Assembly (NCBI GenBank): GCA_964016885.1
Contig: OZ024750.1
Span: 15,872,001-15,936,000 of the forward strand
DNA: 64,000 bases
Direction: 5' to 3'
Source: Eledone cirrhosa
Lineage: Eukaryota
The notes under the pieces are model-generated. The model did no database searches and was not told the DNA's origin. It worked only from the letters and a program-made list of their open reading frames with translations. Positions 1-13,054 of the stretch are shown here, piece by piece (the first letter of the stretch is position 1; each line of letters opens with the position of its first letter). The position numbers were made by a program, and so were the translations under genes.

Positions 1-435
1 AATACGAGAAGCGATAGTTAAACTTGAGCGAGTGGTTGAACCACTCCTCGAGTCTTGACTTAGAAATGTTGACTGCGGGTGCGTCAACTGTTTCTTGTTT
101 GAGTTTGTTCCAGTGGTGGATTGTAAGTGCAGAAAGGAAATGACAAACTAGTATTTTATTGAAAAGCAAATGTACTTTATGGCAATAATAAATGCTATAA
201 TTTCTAAGGAAATGTTTACATGCGCCCTAATCATCCATTCTTTAGCAAATAACTTATGGCCATAGACATGATATATGAAAGAGTTATAAGTATATCAAAT
301 TAGTAGGATATATTTATGTACATATATTTATGTATATAACAATAATAATCTGAACTATTTTCTCAATAGAATGACGATACAAGAAGAAAGCAAAATTAGT
401 TTAAATTATTCAATTTTGTTAGCTAAGTTAAAAAA

Positions 436-1168
436 TAATAACTGTTTCTACTTTTGGTACAAGGCCAGCAATTACCCAGTGTATTACTGGTACTTTATTT
501 TATCGACCCTGTAAGGATGAAAGGCAAAGTTAACCTCGGCGGGATTTGAACTCAGACCGTAAAGGGACGTAACTATGCTGGAAAGCATGGTGTCCGACTC
601 TCTACCGAAACTGCCAATCCACAAAAAATAATAATTGTTTCTACTTTAGGCACAAGGCCAGCAATTACTGGTACTTTATTTTATCGACCCCGTAAGGATG
701 AAAGGCAAAGTTAACCTCGGCGGGATTTGAACTCAGACCGTAAAGGGACGTAACTATGCTGGAAAGCATGGTGTCCGACTCTCTACCGAAACTGCCAATC
801 CACAAAAAATAATAATTGTTTCTACTTTAGGCACAAGGCCAGCAATTACTGGTACTTTATTTTATCGACCCCGTAAGGATGAAAGGCAAAGTTAACCTCG
901 GCGGGATTTGAACTCAGACCGTAAAGGGACGTAACTATGCTTCAAAGCATGGTGTCCGACTCTCTACCGAAACTGCCAATCCACAAAAAATAATAATTGT
1001 TTCTACTTTAGGCACAAGGCCAGCAATTACTGGTACTTTATTTTATCGACCCCGTAAGGATGAAAGGCAAAGTTAACCTCGGCGGGATTTGAACTCAGAT
1101 CGTAAAGGGACGTAACTATGCTGGAAAGCATGGCGTCCGACCCTCTACCGATACTGCCAATCCACCGC
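436..1168 (-). mobile_element. Four head-to-tail copies of a tRNA-derived SINE (family S1)
   Basis: tgtttctac recurs at 443, 636, 817 and 998 (period 193/181/181). The minus strand reads A-box-like tggcagtatcggtaga, B-box gagttcaaatccc, central gcctttcatccttacggggtcgataaaataaagtaccag and an (ATT)n tail. Confidence 0.9.
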
Positions 1169-1460
1169 TCACGGTACTTTTATAATAATGTTTTTGATTT
1201 AGGCACAAGGCCAGCAGTTGTTTGGATTTGGGAGTTGGTTATATTGACAGATTACCGAACTGTAGGGGCGGTGGAACTGGTGGGCCCAGGGAGTCCATGA
1301 TTCCCTCCCTCAATAATTATATATTTTCTCCCAAAACTACCAAAACACACATCTATTTGTATATGCGCTACAATTTATGCACATGTTATGTTTATCTCAT
1401 ATTGAGGTTTTTTTTTATATCTTGGGTGATATTTGATAATATATTATGTTAACCTTGATA

Positions 1461-2919
1461 GTGGAAAACTGCCAGTGTAATTCCTCTGTTCAAAAAGGGT
1501 GACCGCACATCACCTGTGAACTATCGTCCAGTCAGTCTTACTAGTTGCATCGCCAAACTGATGGAATCCTGTGTCAGAGAAACACTTTGGAACTTCTGGA
1601 GCTCTCACAGTCTTATCCGGCCTTCGCAATTTGGATTTATCCCCAACTCCAGCTGCTGTGATCAACTTATAGAGTTTCTTGAGGACATCACCCGGATCAC
1701 TGATGGCGGCTCATGGGTGGATGTTGTTTACCTTGACTTTGCGAAGGACTTCAATTCTGTGCCGCACAAAAGGCTTATGGCAAAACTCTCTGCAATGGGT
1801 GTGAAGGATGATCTTTTTAACTGGTTGAAGTCCTTCATTCTCAGTCGAAGAGAGGTAGTCACGGTTCTGGGACAGCATTCCTCACCATATGAGATGTCAT
1901 CTGGTGTACCTCAGGGATCTGTTCTTGGCCCCCTTTTGTTTGTGGCATATATTAATGACATAGATGCCAACTTAAGGAATGCCACAGTACTAAAGTACGC
2001 AGACGACATCAAGCTGTACCTTGAGATAAAAAGGACAGATCCTGAACACTATAGATCTTGCTTGCAGTCTGACCTGGACACAATGCAACAGTGGATCTCA
2101 GACTGGCAACTCAAGCTAGCTGTGGACAAGTGCACCACCATGCATTTTGGGAGTAAAAACCCAGCGTCCACATATTCCCTCCACAGCACTAATATCAAGA
2201 AGTCTTCCTGTGAACGTGACCTGGGCATTACGGTCAGCAGCGATTTGCGTTGGACGAGGCACGTCTCTAAAATTGTCAAGAGGGCCGAGGGTGTCTTAGC
2301 ATCACTCAGCAAGACCTTTGTCAGCCGCTCTCCAGATATCTATTTAAGGCTGTATACAGCTATGGTGCGACCACACTTAGAATTTGCATCACCAGTCTGG
2401 AACCCCTATCTTGCTCAGGACATTGACCGCCTGGAAACTGTTCAGAGACGTGCAACCAAGCGAATACCCTCCATCAGGCATCTACCATACTCTGATCGCC
2501 TTGCTTCCCTGGGCATGGATTCATTGAAGCTCCGACGCCTGGCAACTGACTTGGTAAACACCCACAAAATTGTTAACCATGTTGCCAACAACAACCCTGA
2601 GTGCCTTTTCGATTTCCATGTGTCTAACACACGTGGACATGCCCACAAAGTAAGAAAACAGCACAGTTCCCATGACTTTCGGAAACATTTTTTCACGCTC
2701 AGAGTTGCTGAAGCATGGAACAAACTACCTGCATCAGTTGTTAGCTGTCGAGACGCTGCATCCTTTAAGGCCTCCATGCTTCCCGAGATCCGCCAACACT
2801 ACAGCTAACACATACAAACATGTACTTCCCTGGCATTTGTGTATTATTCTATGTACTATATTGACGAGTTGTAGTGCACCTGAGCACTTTACACAATAAT
2901 TTCATTATTATTATTATTA
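1461..2919 (+). mobile_element. 5'-truncated CR1-group LINE: RT and C-terminus of ORF2, 3' UTR, (ATT)n tail
   Basis: Open frame from WKTASVIPLFKKGD-NYRPVSLTS through YLDFAK, SGVPQGSVLGP, KYADD, RPHLEFASPVWNP and TRGH...FFTLRV..WNKLP to a stop at 2808, then a short UTR ending cattattattattatt. Confidence 0.93.
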
Positions 2920-3319
2920 GTAAATTTTTTTGTCAAGTCATAATTTTTCTCCACATCACTATTTGCCAATTGATAGACTGTGTATTCAGAGACAGATTCA
3001 ATAGGTCATTTTGCTATAATCACTTTATAATTATTGAAAGCTGTAAATATAGGACCTGCTTGGACTCAAATATTCTGACAATTTTGAAAGGTATAGATGA
3101 TCTCTGTAATATTTTAATTGCCTTTTCGGTCTGCGATATGTTATAACATTTTTTCAACACACACACACAACAACCACCAGTCGTGTGCAGATGGGTTTGC
3201 CTGAAAATATTTACATTAAGGAAAAGTTTTAAAAATAACAAGTGTCCGAAGAAAATATTACAAAATTAGTTTCTAGTAGGTTTTAACAGTATATTATTAC
3301 GTTACCAGCATAATATAAC

Positions 3320-3358
<39 letters not shown>

Positions 3359-3359
3359 G

Positions 3360-3509
3360 TTATTCCGGGTTGAATCGGAGGTAACCACAGTAAGTAAGGT
3401 ACTCAATACATAGCAGAGTATAACAGTTTTAATATAGATGAGATTCTACAGGACTAGAACTGTTTATGATTTCTAATGAATGAAACAGTTCTAGTCCTGT
3501 AGAATCTCA

Positions 3510-3516
<7 letters not shown>
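3360..3516. mobile_element. PLE-like terminal fragment (family A) with fold-back hairpin between (TA)n arrays
   Basis: atatagatgagattctacaggactagaactgttt is inverted as aaacagttctagtcctgtagaatctcatctatat. Related copies lie at 39256-39366 and 44427-44540. Confidence 0.6.
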
Positions 3517-3554
<38 letters not shown>

Positions 3555-3564
3555 CAGTGGAATG

Positions 3565-3912
3565 GGATGGTCGTCCGTCGATTTCGACAAGGAATATTCC
3601 AGTTGTTCGATAAACGGGACAGCCTACTCATGAAATTACCGTGTAAGTGGCTGAGCATTCTACAGACAGGTACTCTTAGCCTAATTCTCAGGGAGATTCA
3701 CTTTATCCCACAATGTGGGATAAAGCTGGCCTTTGAATTACAGGTACAATCTATCCGATGGACTGCAAACAGTTTTCGTCTACCCAGTTATACTCACAAG
3801 GAATGGGTAGGACCGAAGCTTATGGTAAATGACTTGTCCAAGATGTCACGTACTGGGATCGAACCCTACAGCTAGTGATTGCGAAGCGAACTTATTAACC
3901 ATTCTGCCATGC
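3565..3912 (-). mobile_element. Diverged tRNA/CORE-type SINE (family S2)
   Basis: Minus strand reads gcatggcagaatggttaat...gggttcgatcccagtacgtgacatcttggacaagt, and the 3' body (gtgaatctccctgagaat...gctcagccacttacac) is shared with 10750-10925, 16980-17295, 23390-23915 and 32225-32400. Confidence 0.75.
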
Positions 3913-4123
3913 TGAAAGTCTAATGGTAGCTATACAGAGAAATACACTGACAATAGATCTCGTTTGAAGAAAATGAAAATATCTCGTCCGATTCACCAGA
4001 TTCATTACATATGTTGGAGTTAAGTTTGGTTAGTGTTAGGATTAATATTAGAATTGTAGTTAAAGTTCCCTCGTCGGCTTGTGTGTATGTATTAATACCT
4101 CACTTTGCTTTTCTTATTCTTTC

Positions 4124-4169
<46 letters not shown>

Positions 4170-4267
4170 TATTAGTTCGGATCTAGCTGTCGAAACGGCC
4201 GGAGCTCAGCGGTCGCGGTTCTGACCCTTTTTCCTATATATATATATCTATATATGTGTGTGTGTGT

Positions 4268-4315
<48 letters not shown>

Positions 4316-4317
<2 letters not shown>

Positions 4318-4445
4318 ATAATAATAAATTTGAAGACTAAAATCCAAAGAGGGCAGATAAGGATAAATATATATCAAATATATAAGAACCGTTCAGGGTG
4401 AAAGCAGCGATTCTTTGTTTAAACTTTAATCTGTTATTTTAATAA
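4316..4445. mobile_element. PLE-like terminal fragment (family C), internally inverted, between (TA)n arrays
   Basis: Both halves match 20345-20540, but here in opposite relative orientation. Confidence 0.55.
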
Positions 4446-4448
4446 GTA

Positions 4449-4483
<35 letters not shown>

Positions 4484-4484
<1 letters not shown>

Positions 4485-4740
4485 GGCGTGAAGGACATAA
4501 TCGAGACCATGAAGAAGGACAAACATAGATGGGCTGGCCACATCTTTCGTTTAAAAAAAAACAGGTTGGCTATTAAAGTGACAGAGAGGATATCAAGGTT
4601 GTGGAGAAGAACCAGAGGGTGGCCAAAGGCGAGATGGTGCGATGATCTGACCCGGTTACTCGGCCCCACATGGCCCAATATGGTCAGAGATAGGAAGCGA
4701 TGGGGGTCAATCAGGAAGGGGTTCCTCCAACAGGAGGGTG
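4484..4740 (+). mobile_element. RTE-group LINE C-terminal fragment
   Basis: Translation RWAGHIFR...RTRGWPKARWCDDL...DRKRW matches the RTE ORF C-terminal pattern WAGH..R / RGRP..RW.DD. Confidence 0.8.
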
Positions 4741-4940
4741 AAGGCCCTGGGTTTTGTATTAAGACCACATCAGAGTCCTATTACTCTGGAGTTTCGCTTT
4801 TGTTGTATTTACAGTGTTATAAAGTAAGGCTTAGCCTCAATAAACCATATCAATATCTACCAGGGTATCGGGAGCTCATTCTCGCGATCGTAAATACTAT
4901 GTGGATAATAATATACTGAGTAAAAGAGTTTAGTCAACGA

Positions 4941-6224
4941 TCTCTAATTCTGCCTCTCTCACACTATCCCTCTCACTTTATAATTCCCTTTTTTTAGTTC
5001 TTTGCCTTTCACATACTCTCTCTGCATCCAGATCCCTCTTTCACACACACTGTCTATTTCTCTCGCTTTCTAATTCACTCTTTCTATCTCTTTTGCTTTT
5101 CCAACACTCTCTATTCCTTAACCTCAATCTCTCATCAGTAACGAGAAAAGATACTATACCCACAAAGAAATAAACCAGTTATATTGTAATATAACCATGG
5201 GTATAGAAAAATGGACAGTAACCGAAGGATTACCGGAATGAAAGAAAAAAAAACTATCGTTTTAGGACCAGTATTAGAATATAAAACAGAATTGAAAGCA
5301 TAATCTTCTAAGTTTCTGGAAATAGCAGTCAAAAGACTATGTGCTATCTTAATAAGAAATGATTAAAAACATACTGAATTATATAATATAGTTCGGCGAA
5401 TAAGACGATATGGTCACGACTGGAACGTATTTGATGACGCACTACAAGAAGCTAAACAGCAAAAACATTTTGCTACTAAATTGTAGTTAAAATACGAATT
5501 ATCATGTTATTAAACCAACCATGTGTTTTTAAATTCCAACAAATACTACAAAATATGCGAAGAAACTAAAAAACTGTCCACTTTTTCTCGTCTCTAGAGG
5601 ATACTTGTTCGCTATTTTATAGTTAAGCCTGCGGTGTAGCACCTATATAGAAGCTAACACACTTTCAAAATATAAAAATAAGTATTCATTTTTACTAACA
5701 TGGGAAGATCTAAATAGAAGAGATATTTGAAACAGTGAGAACATGAGAGCAACAGAAAATAAAAGTAATGACTTTCTATCTTTAGCAAAATGATGAATAA
5801 TTATTACCTTTTTTTTGTTTTGTAATTTTTTCCGAAGATAAAATTAGTGTAACCTTTCTTATTGTTAATGTAATTCCAGCTGATAATATTGGTATTTATA
5901 TTTAATATTCCTTCTAGCAGTACCAAAGTATTAGATGTAAAGTACTGCTTGACTACGAAATATGTGACGTCATGGAATTCGATATAATACGTAGCTGAAG
6001 CTGTGTAAAATCGTTAAGAGATAGATAGGGAATGAGTGTGAGAGGTTAAGGAAGAGAGTGTTGGAAAAGCAAAAGAGATAGAAAGAGTGAATTAGAAAGC
6101 GAGAGAGATAGACAGTGTGTGTGAAAGAGGGATCTGGATGCAGAGAGAGTATGTGAAAGGCAAAGAACTAAAGAAAGGGAATTATAAAGTGAGAGGGATA
6201 GTGTGAGAGAGGCAGAATTAGAGA
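4941..6224. repeat. Inverted repeat, ~185-bp arms (4941-5125 and 6042-6224), ~915-bp spacer
   Basis: tctctaattctgcctctctcacactatccc...ccttaacctc is the reverse complement of gaggttaagg...gagaggcagaattagaga with few mismatches. Confidence 0.9.
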
Positions 6225-6757
6225 AAGAGTCGTGTGTCTGTCTATAAAAGAGTGATAGTGTATGTTCTGTATAGAGGAAAAGAAATAGGAGATACATACA
6301 GGATATTACGTATACATATTAATAATTTTCATCTCAACCACGAAATCTTCGTTCCACACGTATTTAGAGATCATTATCATATACAACGCTGGATTTAAAC
6401 CTGGGAGGGTTTCAGCAAACCCCATAATTTTAGATATTAAAGTTAGCTAGGCGCAAGTAATTGGAATTGAAAAGTTATACATACAGTTATAAAACTAAAA
6501 GATTTTAACCTTCCTAAAAACTAAAAAGCCCAGCTGAAGACAAATAAATTGCTACGGGCGTCGCTGGTGTCCCCCCACACACACACAAACTGCAGGTGCA
6601 ATTGCCCCCTTCCCTCCATTAAATCCGGCCGTGGCTGAGCAAGGCCATGCATAATAATTGTTTCTACTTTTGGCACAAGGCCAGCAATTTAAGGGGAGGG
6701 AAAGTCGATTAAATCGACACCAGTGCATTACTGGTACTTTATTTTATCGACCCCGTA

Positions 6758-8085
6758 ATAATTTCTTTACTGACCCCAAGGGCCTACATATAGAGAACAA
6801 TACAAAGACAGAGACTGGGGGTTTACAATCAAATCCAGTACAAAGCGAAGATAACAATAACAAAATAAAAATAAAACTACAACAATAACAATTACCCAAT
6901 AGGGAGGAGAACCACCCGGGGGTGACTCAGGTACCCCACCAAACTTGTACCACTCGACGCTTCGAGAATACCCGGGAAGGGCACTCCTCTCCTCAAATCA
7001 ACCAGCCTACAGTCGCATGCTCACACGGGCCGTTCTTGCAACATTCACCCACCTTTTAGCAAGTATATTTGGGGCAGCACTTCTCTTTCCAGCCTCACCT
7101 TCCTTTCCAAGTGAAACTTGAAAAAGTTGATGAGAGATTGGTCGAAGAGAAAAGTGTCTGTCTTCAGTCCTTTCAACCTGGTCCACCACACAACCTCTTT
7201 CACTACGGCTACCAGAGAGGAGTATTTTTGGAAGTTATCCATAGTCTCAGGTTCGAAAGTCATCCGAAAAAGACTACGTCCAGAGCCTCTCCGAGTGCGT
7301 CGTCGCACTTCCCACCACTAATCCTCTATAGAACTCGAGAGCAGAAGTTCTACTGACTGCATTAACCGCCCTGGTTGAAGGCAGTGAGCGCCTGGCAACA
7401 TTCCAAGGCGCCAGTCTCGGTCTTTTATTGATCAAAGACTGCAGCTCAGTCAAAGAGACGAGCTGCGGAAAGGCCTGTCTCACAATCGGCGACCACACCT
7501 GTCTGGAGATGCTGCAGCCTCAGCACATGTTTGCTCATCATTAGCCACGGCATGCCCAACCCTCTGTGTAGAGTGTGCGGGCAGCTGATGGACCGCCTCA
7601 CCAACAGAATCTGTCCCCTCCACAAGATGTTGAAGAGGAGCTGTTCCAATTCGGTGGGACGCGAACGGGGGCAAGGCACAACGGTCAGGCGGTAATAGAT
7701 GACCGATGCGATGTACGCGTTCGCCATCTCCGCCTGACCTGACTTTTCAGGGACAGCTACCTCTCGGCTCATTTCAGGATGAGAGTAGCTACCCTGTTCG
7801 TAAGCATCGTTCCAATTCTTATCCGCCTGGAGGTCTGGTCCGAACCAGTCCGTCTGTCCAGCGCCCGACGACGCTATTGGATAGCATGGTCTTGCCTCTC
7901 CAGGTGCTGAGCGGCGAGCCCGCCGACCTTTCCAGGTTTAGTTTTTCTCCTGTCAATTTTTTATATTCCTCCAAGAAGGTGCCGACTACTTCCATTTCCG
8001 AGGTGTTCGACACCATCACGGTGATGTCGTCTGCATATGCCGACACAACCTTACCCTGTTCAAGCAGGATGCCCTGCAACAGCTG
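6758..8085 (-). mobile_element. Degenerate Tx1/L1-clade LINE: RT end, deleted middle, C-terminus and 3' UTR
   Basis: Frameshifted pieces SAYADDITV, KLNLERS, ANAYIASVIYYRLTVVPCP...LWRG...GLGMP and [11 protein letters not shown]...RLEREVL. The UTR ends agtaaagaaattatt. Confidence 0.85.
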
Positions 8086-8311
8086 AGAAAATATTTCTTT
8101 CTCTACATAGATATATTGTTGTTGCTGTTTAATATGAGTAAATTCCCTGTTGATTTTTTGTTTCATTTAACACTTAGAGTCCTGCACCACACGAAAACAT
8201 ACTAGTAAAACAGCATTGAAAAGTACAAAAACAGCACCATGACTGCATCACAAATATTGAAATGTAATATTGTAAATTTTGCCCACAATCTATCCACTTG
8301 TAAAATTACTA

Positions 8312-8604
8312 CAGACCTACCAACCTCTAAAAACCCAAACGGGGAGTACCATGAAAAAAAGTGCCCCAAAACGGAGAGAAATTAGGCAAAATGGGGAGAT
8401 TTTACATAATTGTTTCTACTTTAGGCACAAGGCCAGCAATTACCCAGTACATTACTGGTACTTTATTTTATCGACCCCGTAAGGATGAAAGGCAAAGTTA
8501 ACCTTGGCGAAAGCTATACTCATTTTCAAAAGAGAAGACATCTCTCACCCACCCCAAAGTGAGTGGGAGATCTCCCCGTCGGACGGGGAGAGTTGACAGG
8601 CCTG
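8312..8604 (+). mobile_element. hAT-like MITE with a nested 5'-truncated S1 SINE (~8408-8509)
   Basis: TIRs cagacctaccaac / gttgacaggcctg, flanked by ttacta on both sides. An uninterrupted copy lies inverted at 12036-12235. Confidence 0.8.
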
Positions 8605-10267
8605 TTACTATAAACAATTGAATTTTGAATTAACAAACCCGTTTTTATATATTTTCTGTTAAAAATCATAACAGACTATTAAGAGTCGGGCAGTAAAGAG
8701 GGTGTTACAATTCAACACTGGACACCGTCTGATGGCACCAACACCTCCTGGCCAAAGCTATGTTCACCGAAGGTGAATGAATGCGTGGCATCTTCTTGAA
8801 GATGTAATTATTCCTCTTATTAAAATAAAAGTGGTGGTGATTTTTTGTAAAATATAAGTATGGATTCTTTCATTAGAAATATGGTAACGAAAGGTTTGAA
8901 AGAAATTCAACTAGTAAAAGTTATCTCTCAAGTTTTAAAATGTTGTGTTCCAGTGAAAATGGGTCGATCGGTTATTAAGAAAATACAATTCATGACTGAT
9001 GGTGGACAGAGCTGTGAACGCGTCACGTAAATAAGTGTGATGACCAGTACTGAAATTATATGAGGATAAGTAGGCTGTAACTCGAGGCCACCTTGTCCAG
9101 GGGCTCCGTCTTGTTTAAAAAATATATCAAAATATATCGTGTATGAACCTCGAATATTCGAACTTACTAAGCTCCGAGGAAATAATTTATAAGATGTAGA
9201 AAGCTCAGACGCAGAAAATAACTGCAATTACAGTCAGTTGCCATAAAATAGCTTATAAAAATCAGGTGAAGACGGAAAAATGTTGCCAGCCGCCAATATA
9301 TGTTTATTTTCCAAATAGAAAAATGAGAGTAACTTCAAGCTTCAGTTGATCGCTTCATCTGACTGTCATAAGAAAATGAATTTCTAAATTATACACATCA
9401 GTATTGAGTACGCATTTAGTTCATATTTAAATGTGTTAAATACTATGGCATTTTAAACATACATTCTTACATAAAAATCTGAATTAAGATATAGCTATGA
9501 GACACGACATTTTTGTTAAAATTTATATTATAATTGTCGCCTTCTTTTAAGGGGTTCGTGTGGATCGATGCTAGAATCTCAAAATCGTTATGAGTTGGTA
9601 AGCCTCCGTTTGCGAACTTTTAATTTTTATTGGGTTTGTTGTGAGCAGGTTCTGAGAATCTCAAATGTTTTCTAGTCCAAAGTCCCTAGATAGTGTGTTG
9701 GAATTGTTTAACAATCCAAGAGCTCGAAAACTGTACCTCAGAGTAAGAGGAGTAGACAGACTACACAAACCAAGCGCTTTACGCCGTGTACAACCATTCA
9801 CTGATAAATATATTTCAGCTGTCGTTTTCGGTTGTTCTAAACACTCCCATCTCTGCATTCGAGAGCCACGACAGGTCGTTGAGGTTGACACCAGAGTCCA
9901 TAGTATCTGTTCCACCATTACCCCCCCCCCCACACACACACATAGTCAGTTAAAGTGCTGCTAGTAAACCGTACACTATTTACCAGGAATCGAATAGCAA
10001 TTGTCTGTCGTGTGGTGTTGAAAACATAATCGTGACCTTGTTGTCACGTGTGTACACACATATTTATATATATACTAACAAAATGATAGCTGTCATGACT
10101 GAGAGGATTCAGAAACATGCACCATACCACCTGTAGAAGCTTAAAGGTCCATGGTATAAATCCGAACATTTATTAAAAATTAAGGTCGATTGACATATTT
10201 ATATATAAAATAAACATTGACAGGGGATAATTTGTAAAGAGTATAATTTGTAAAGACATAGTTACGG

Positions 10268-10317
<50 letters not shown>

Positions 10318-11213
10318 AGAGATCGATATATAACGCTCATGTGGGTTTCTGATGGTTCTATGATAGTTCTATGAGAGAATTAGAGCTAAAATTCCAAACC
10401 CTCAGAGCTTTGCTCACTGCCAATATCATAGGAAACCACATAACTAATATTTTGCAGAGAATAATATAATTAAGTAAGAAAAAAAAAAAAGAACGTAGAG
10501 ACAGAATAAATATCATACTTACTCTGCCACGAAGTTTTTATAAGTCCTATATGGTACCAATTCATATAAACACCATACCACCACCTTCCCCAACACCACT
10601 ACCACCCACACCAACTACTACCATCGCCACCAACACCGTCACCATCACCACTACGTGTAGTTTATTTTCCTTTGTCGCGTCGTGTCCTAGAGCAAGACAC
10701 TTCATTTCACGTTGTTCCAATGCACTCTGCTAGCAAAAATGATTTGTGCTTGTAATTCAAAGGAGCCAGCATTGTCATACACCGTGTCACGCTGAATCTC
10801 CCTGAGTACTGTGTTAAGGGTACACATGTCCGTGAAATGCTCAGTCACTTACACGTTTATTACACGAGCTGGCTGTTCTGTTGCTCAAACAACTGGACCA
10901 TTCGTCCTCAGAACTAACGGAGGGTCAGGCGGAAATCAAGGGAGAGAACTCCTTTACGTTGCCTTTACTTCAAGTTAATTCCCTTGATATCTGATAGCCT
11001 ATGTTTATATTAATTTATAGTTAAGGGCGGAGGAAGTCGTAGGGATTTTACACTCGGAATATTTTACACTTGAGGGAGCCCATCCCCTTCCAGGCCTGAA
11101 CACAGCCGAGATGGAGAGGGAGAGAGAGAGGGGGGGGGGGGGGGGGGGAGTAAGAGAGATAAATAGAAAGAAAACGGAAAGAAAGAAAATAGAAAAATTG
11201 CCGGGAGACAGTA

Positions 11214-11836
11214 CGAAGGTCGGCTGAAAAGTTTATAGGCTGACCAAGTTATACTCATAGAATGAGCAAACGAGGTTTATTTTTCAATATTGTACCTGGA
11301 AAGAAACAATGCAGTTATTAATAAGAAGAGTTAGGAATTACTGCATGCAAGATTTCACAGCTCTAGCATCACTCCTTCATAGACTGACAAAGATGCCGTC
11401 ATGGAATGAGCAAATGAGGTTTATTTTTCAACATATTCCCTGGAAAGAAACAATACAGTTATTAATAAGAAGATGAGAAGAGTTTAGAATTAATCCATGC
11501 AATATTTCACAGCTATAGCATCACTCTTTCATAGGTTGACAAATATACTCTCATAGAATGACCAAATAAGGTTTATTTTTCAATATAGTCCCTCGAAAGA
11601 AACAATGCAGTAATTATAATAATAAGAAGGGTTAGGAATTAATGCATGCAAGTTTCACAACTCTAGAATCACTCCTTCATAGTTAGCCTATGAAAAGTTC
11701 ATAGGCTGACCAAGATACTGTCATAGAATGACAGTTATTATAATAATAAGAAGGGTTGAAATTAATGCATACACGATTTCACAGCTCTAGCATCAATCCG
11801 CCATAGTTAGCCAATGAACTTTTCAGTCGACCCTCG
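11214..11836. mobile_element. Mariner-type MITE with about four internal 140-150 bp tandem units
   Basis: ta|cgaaggtcggctgaaaagtt ... aacttttcagtcgaccctcg|ta gives TIRs with a TA TSD. The internal unit ataggctgaccaagatactctcatagaatg...ctctagcatcactcc is repeated. Confidence 0.85.
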
Positions 11837-12035
11837 TAAAACAAATAGGAAACAGGGACAACGAACAATCATCAGTTCCTTCCGTCAACGGATATCAATC
11901 GTTGTAGTTTTGTTCGGTTTTGGATAGAACTGCGTACATAATTACAACGCGTGCAACAGTGATAACAATTAACATTGCTTAGGAAATAAACAATACACTT
12001 GTGTAACGGGAAGAGAACAACAGCATGAGCAAAAC

Positions 12036-12235
12036 CAGACCTGTCGATTCTCCCCGTCCGATGGGGAGATCTCCCACTCCCTTTGGAGTGGGTGAGAGAT
12101 GTCTTCTCTTGTGAAAATGAGTATAGCTTTCATTATGTTAAATCTCCCTATTTTTGCCTCATTTCTCCCCGTTTTGGGGCACTTTTTTTCATGATTCTTC
12201 TCCCCGTTTTGGGTTCTTAGAGATTGGCAGGTTTG
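12036..12235 (-). mobile_element. hAT-like MITE, second copy of the 8312 family
   Basis: Reverse-complement match to 8312-8604 without the SINE, flanked by aaaac on both sides. Confidence 0.8.
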
Positions 12236-12321
12236 AAAACATACCTGGGTGAAAAAACAAGTCGTCGTAAGGTACTGAACTCAAAATGGTTGACTGAATA
12301 TGTGTGTGCGCGCGCACGCGC

Positions 12322-12447
<126 letters not shown>

Positions 12448-12923
12448 ATGTGTTTTCTCATTTTTTTTTCGTTTCTTTCCCTTCTCACTTTTTATCTTTC
12501 TATTTCATATTTCATTGACCAGATGGACAAACTGTCATAATAATCCTGTCATATACATTAATGAGTCGGCTAGTTATAACTAATTATGAATCACTACCTC
12601 CTTACGGACAACTGACGCTGCACACTAGGTCCTAACACAGAAGAGCCGAACTTCCACTGTCATCTCCTCCATCTTTCTCACCCTCCCCATCTCTCTCTAT
12701 TATGAGCAAATGGGCTCCCACGTGTTGACCGCCCCACGGCCCCGGCGGACAGAATGGAGAAGGGGTTTCCCCGGAGTATGGTAAGGGAGATTGCGGTTTC
12801 TATCTTTTCATGAAAGACTATCGTCCTAAACAATAAGACTCTTTTCCTATTATTTCAAGCGTTAAACTAATATATTTTTTCCATTTTACTGTGTCGTTTG
12901 CTTTGTTGTTTCTGTTTACATAC

Positions 12924-13054
<131 letters not shown>

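Noticed and set aside
1040-1168. tRNA gene suggested by A- and B-box motifs
   Set aside because: No cloverleaf; it is the head of a multi-copy SINE.
6384-6633. Possible hAT MITE (caacgctggatttaa / ttaaatccggccgtg)
   Set aside because: Imperfect TIR, no TSD and no second copy in the window.
8930-9130. FKQDGAP motif suggesting a Tc1/mariner transposase
   Set aside because: Only one short motif, with no other catalytic motifs or paired TIRs that I could confirm.
9661-9964. Overlapping 92- and 99-aa ORFs in non-repetitive sequence
   Set aside because: No recognisable motif and no convincing splice-site pair.
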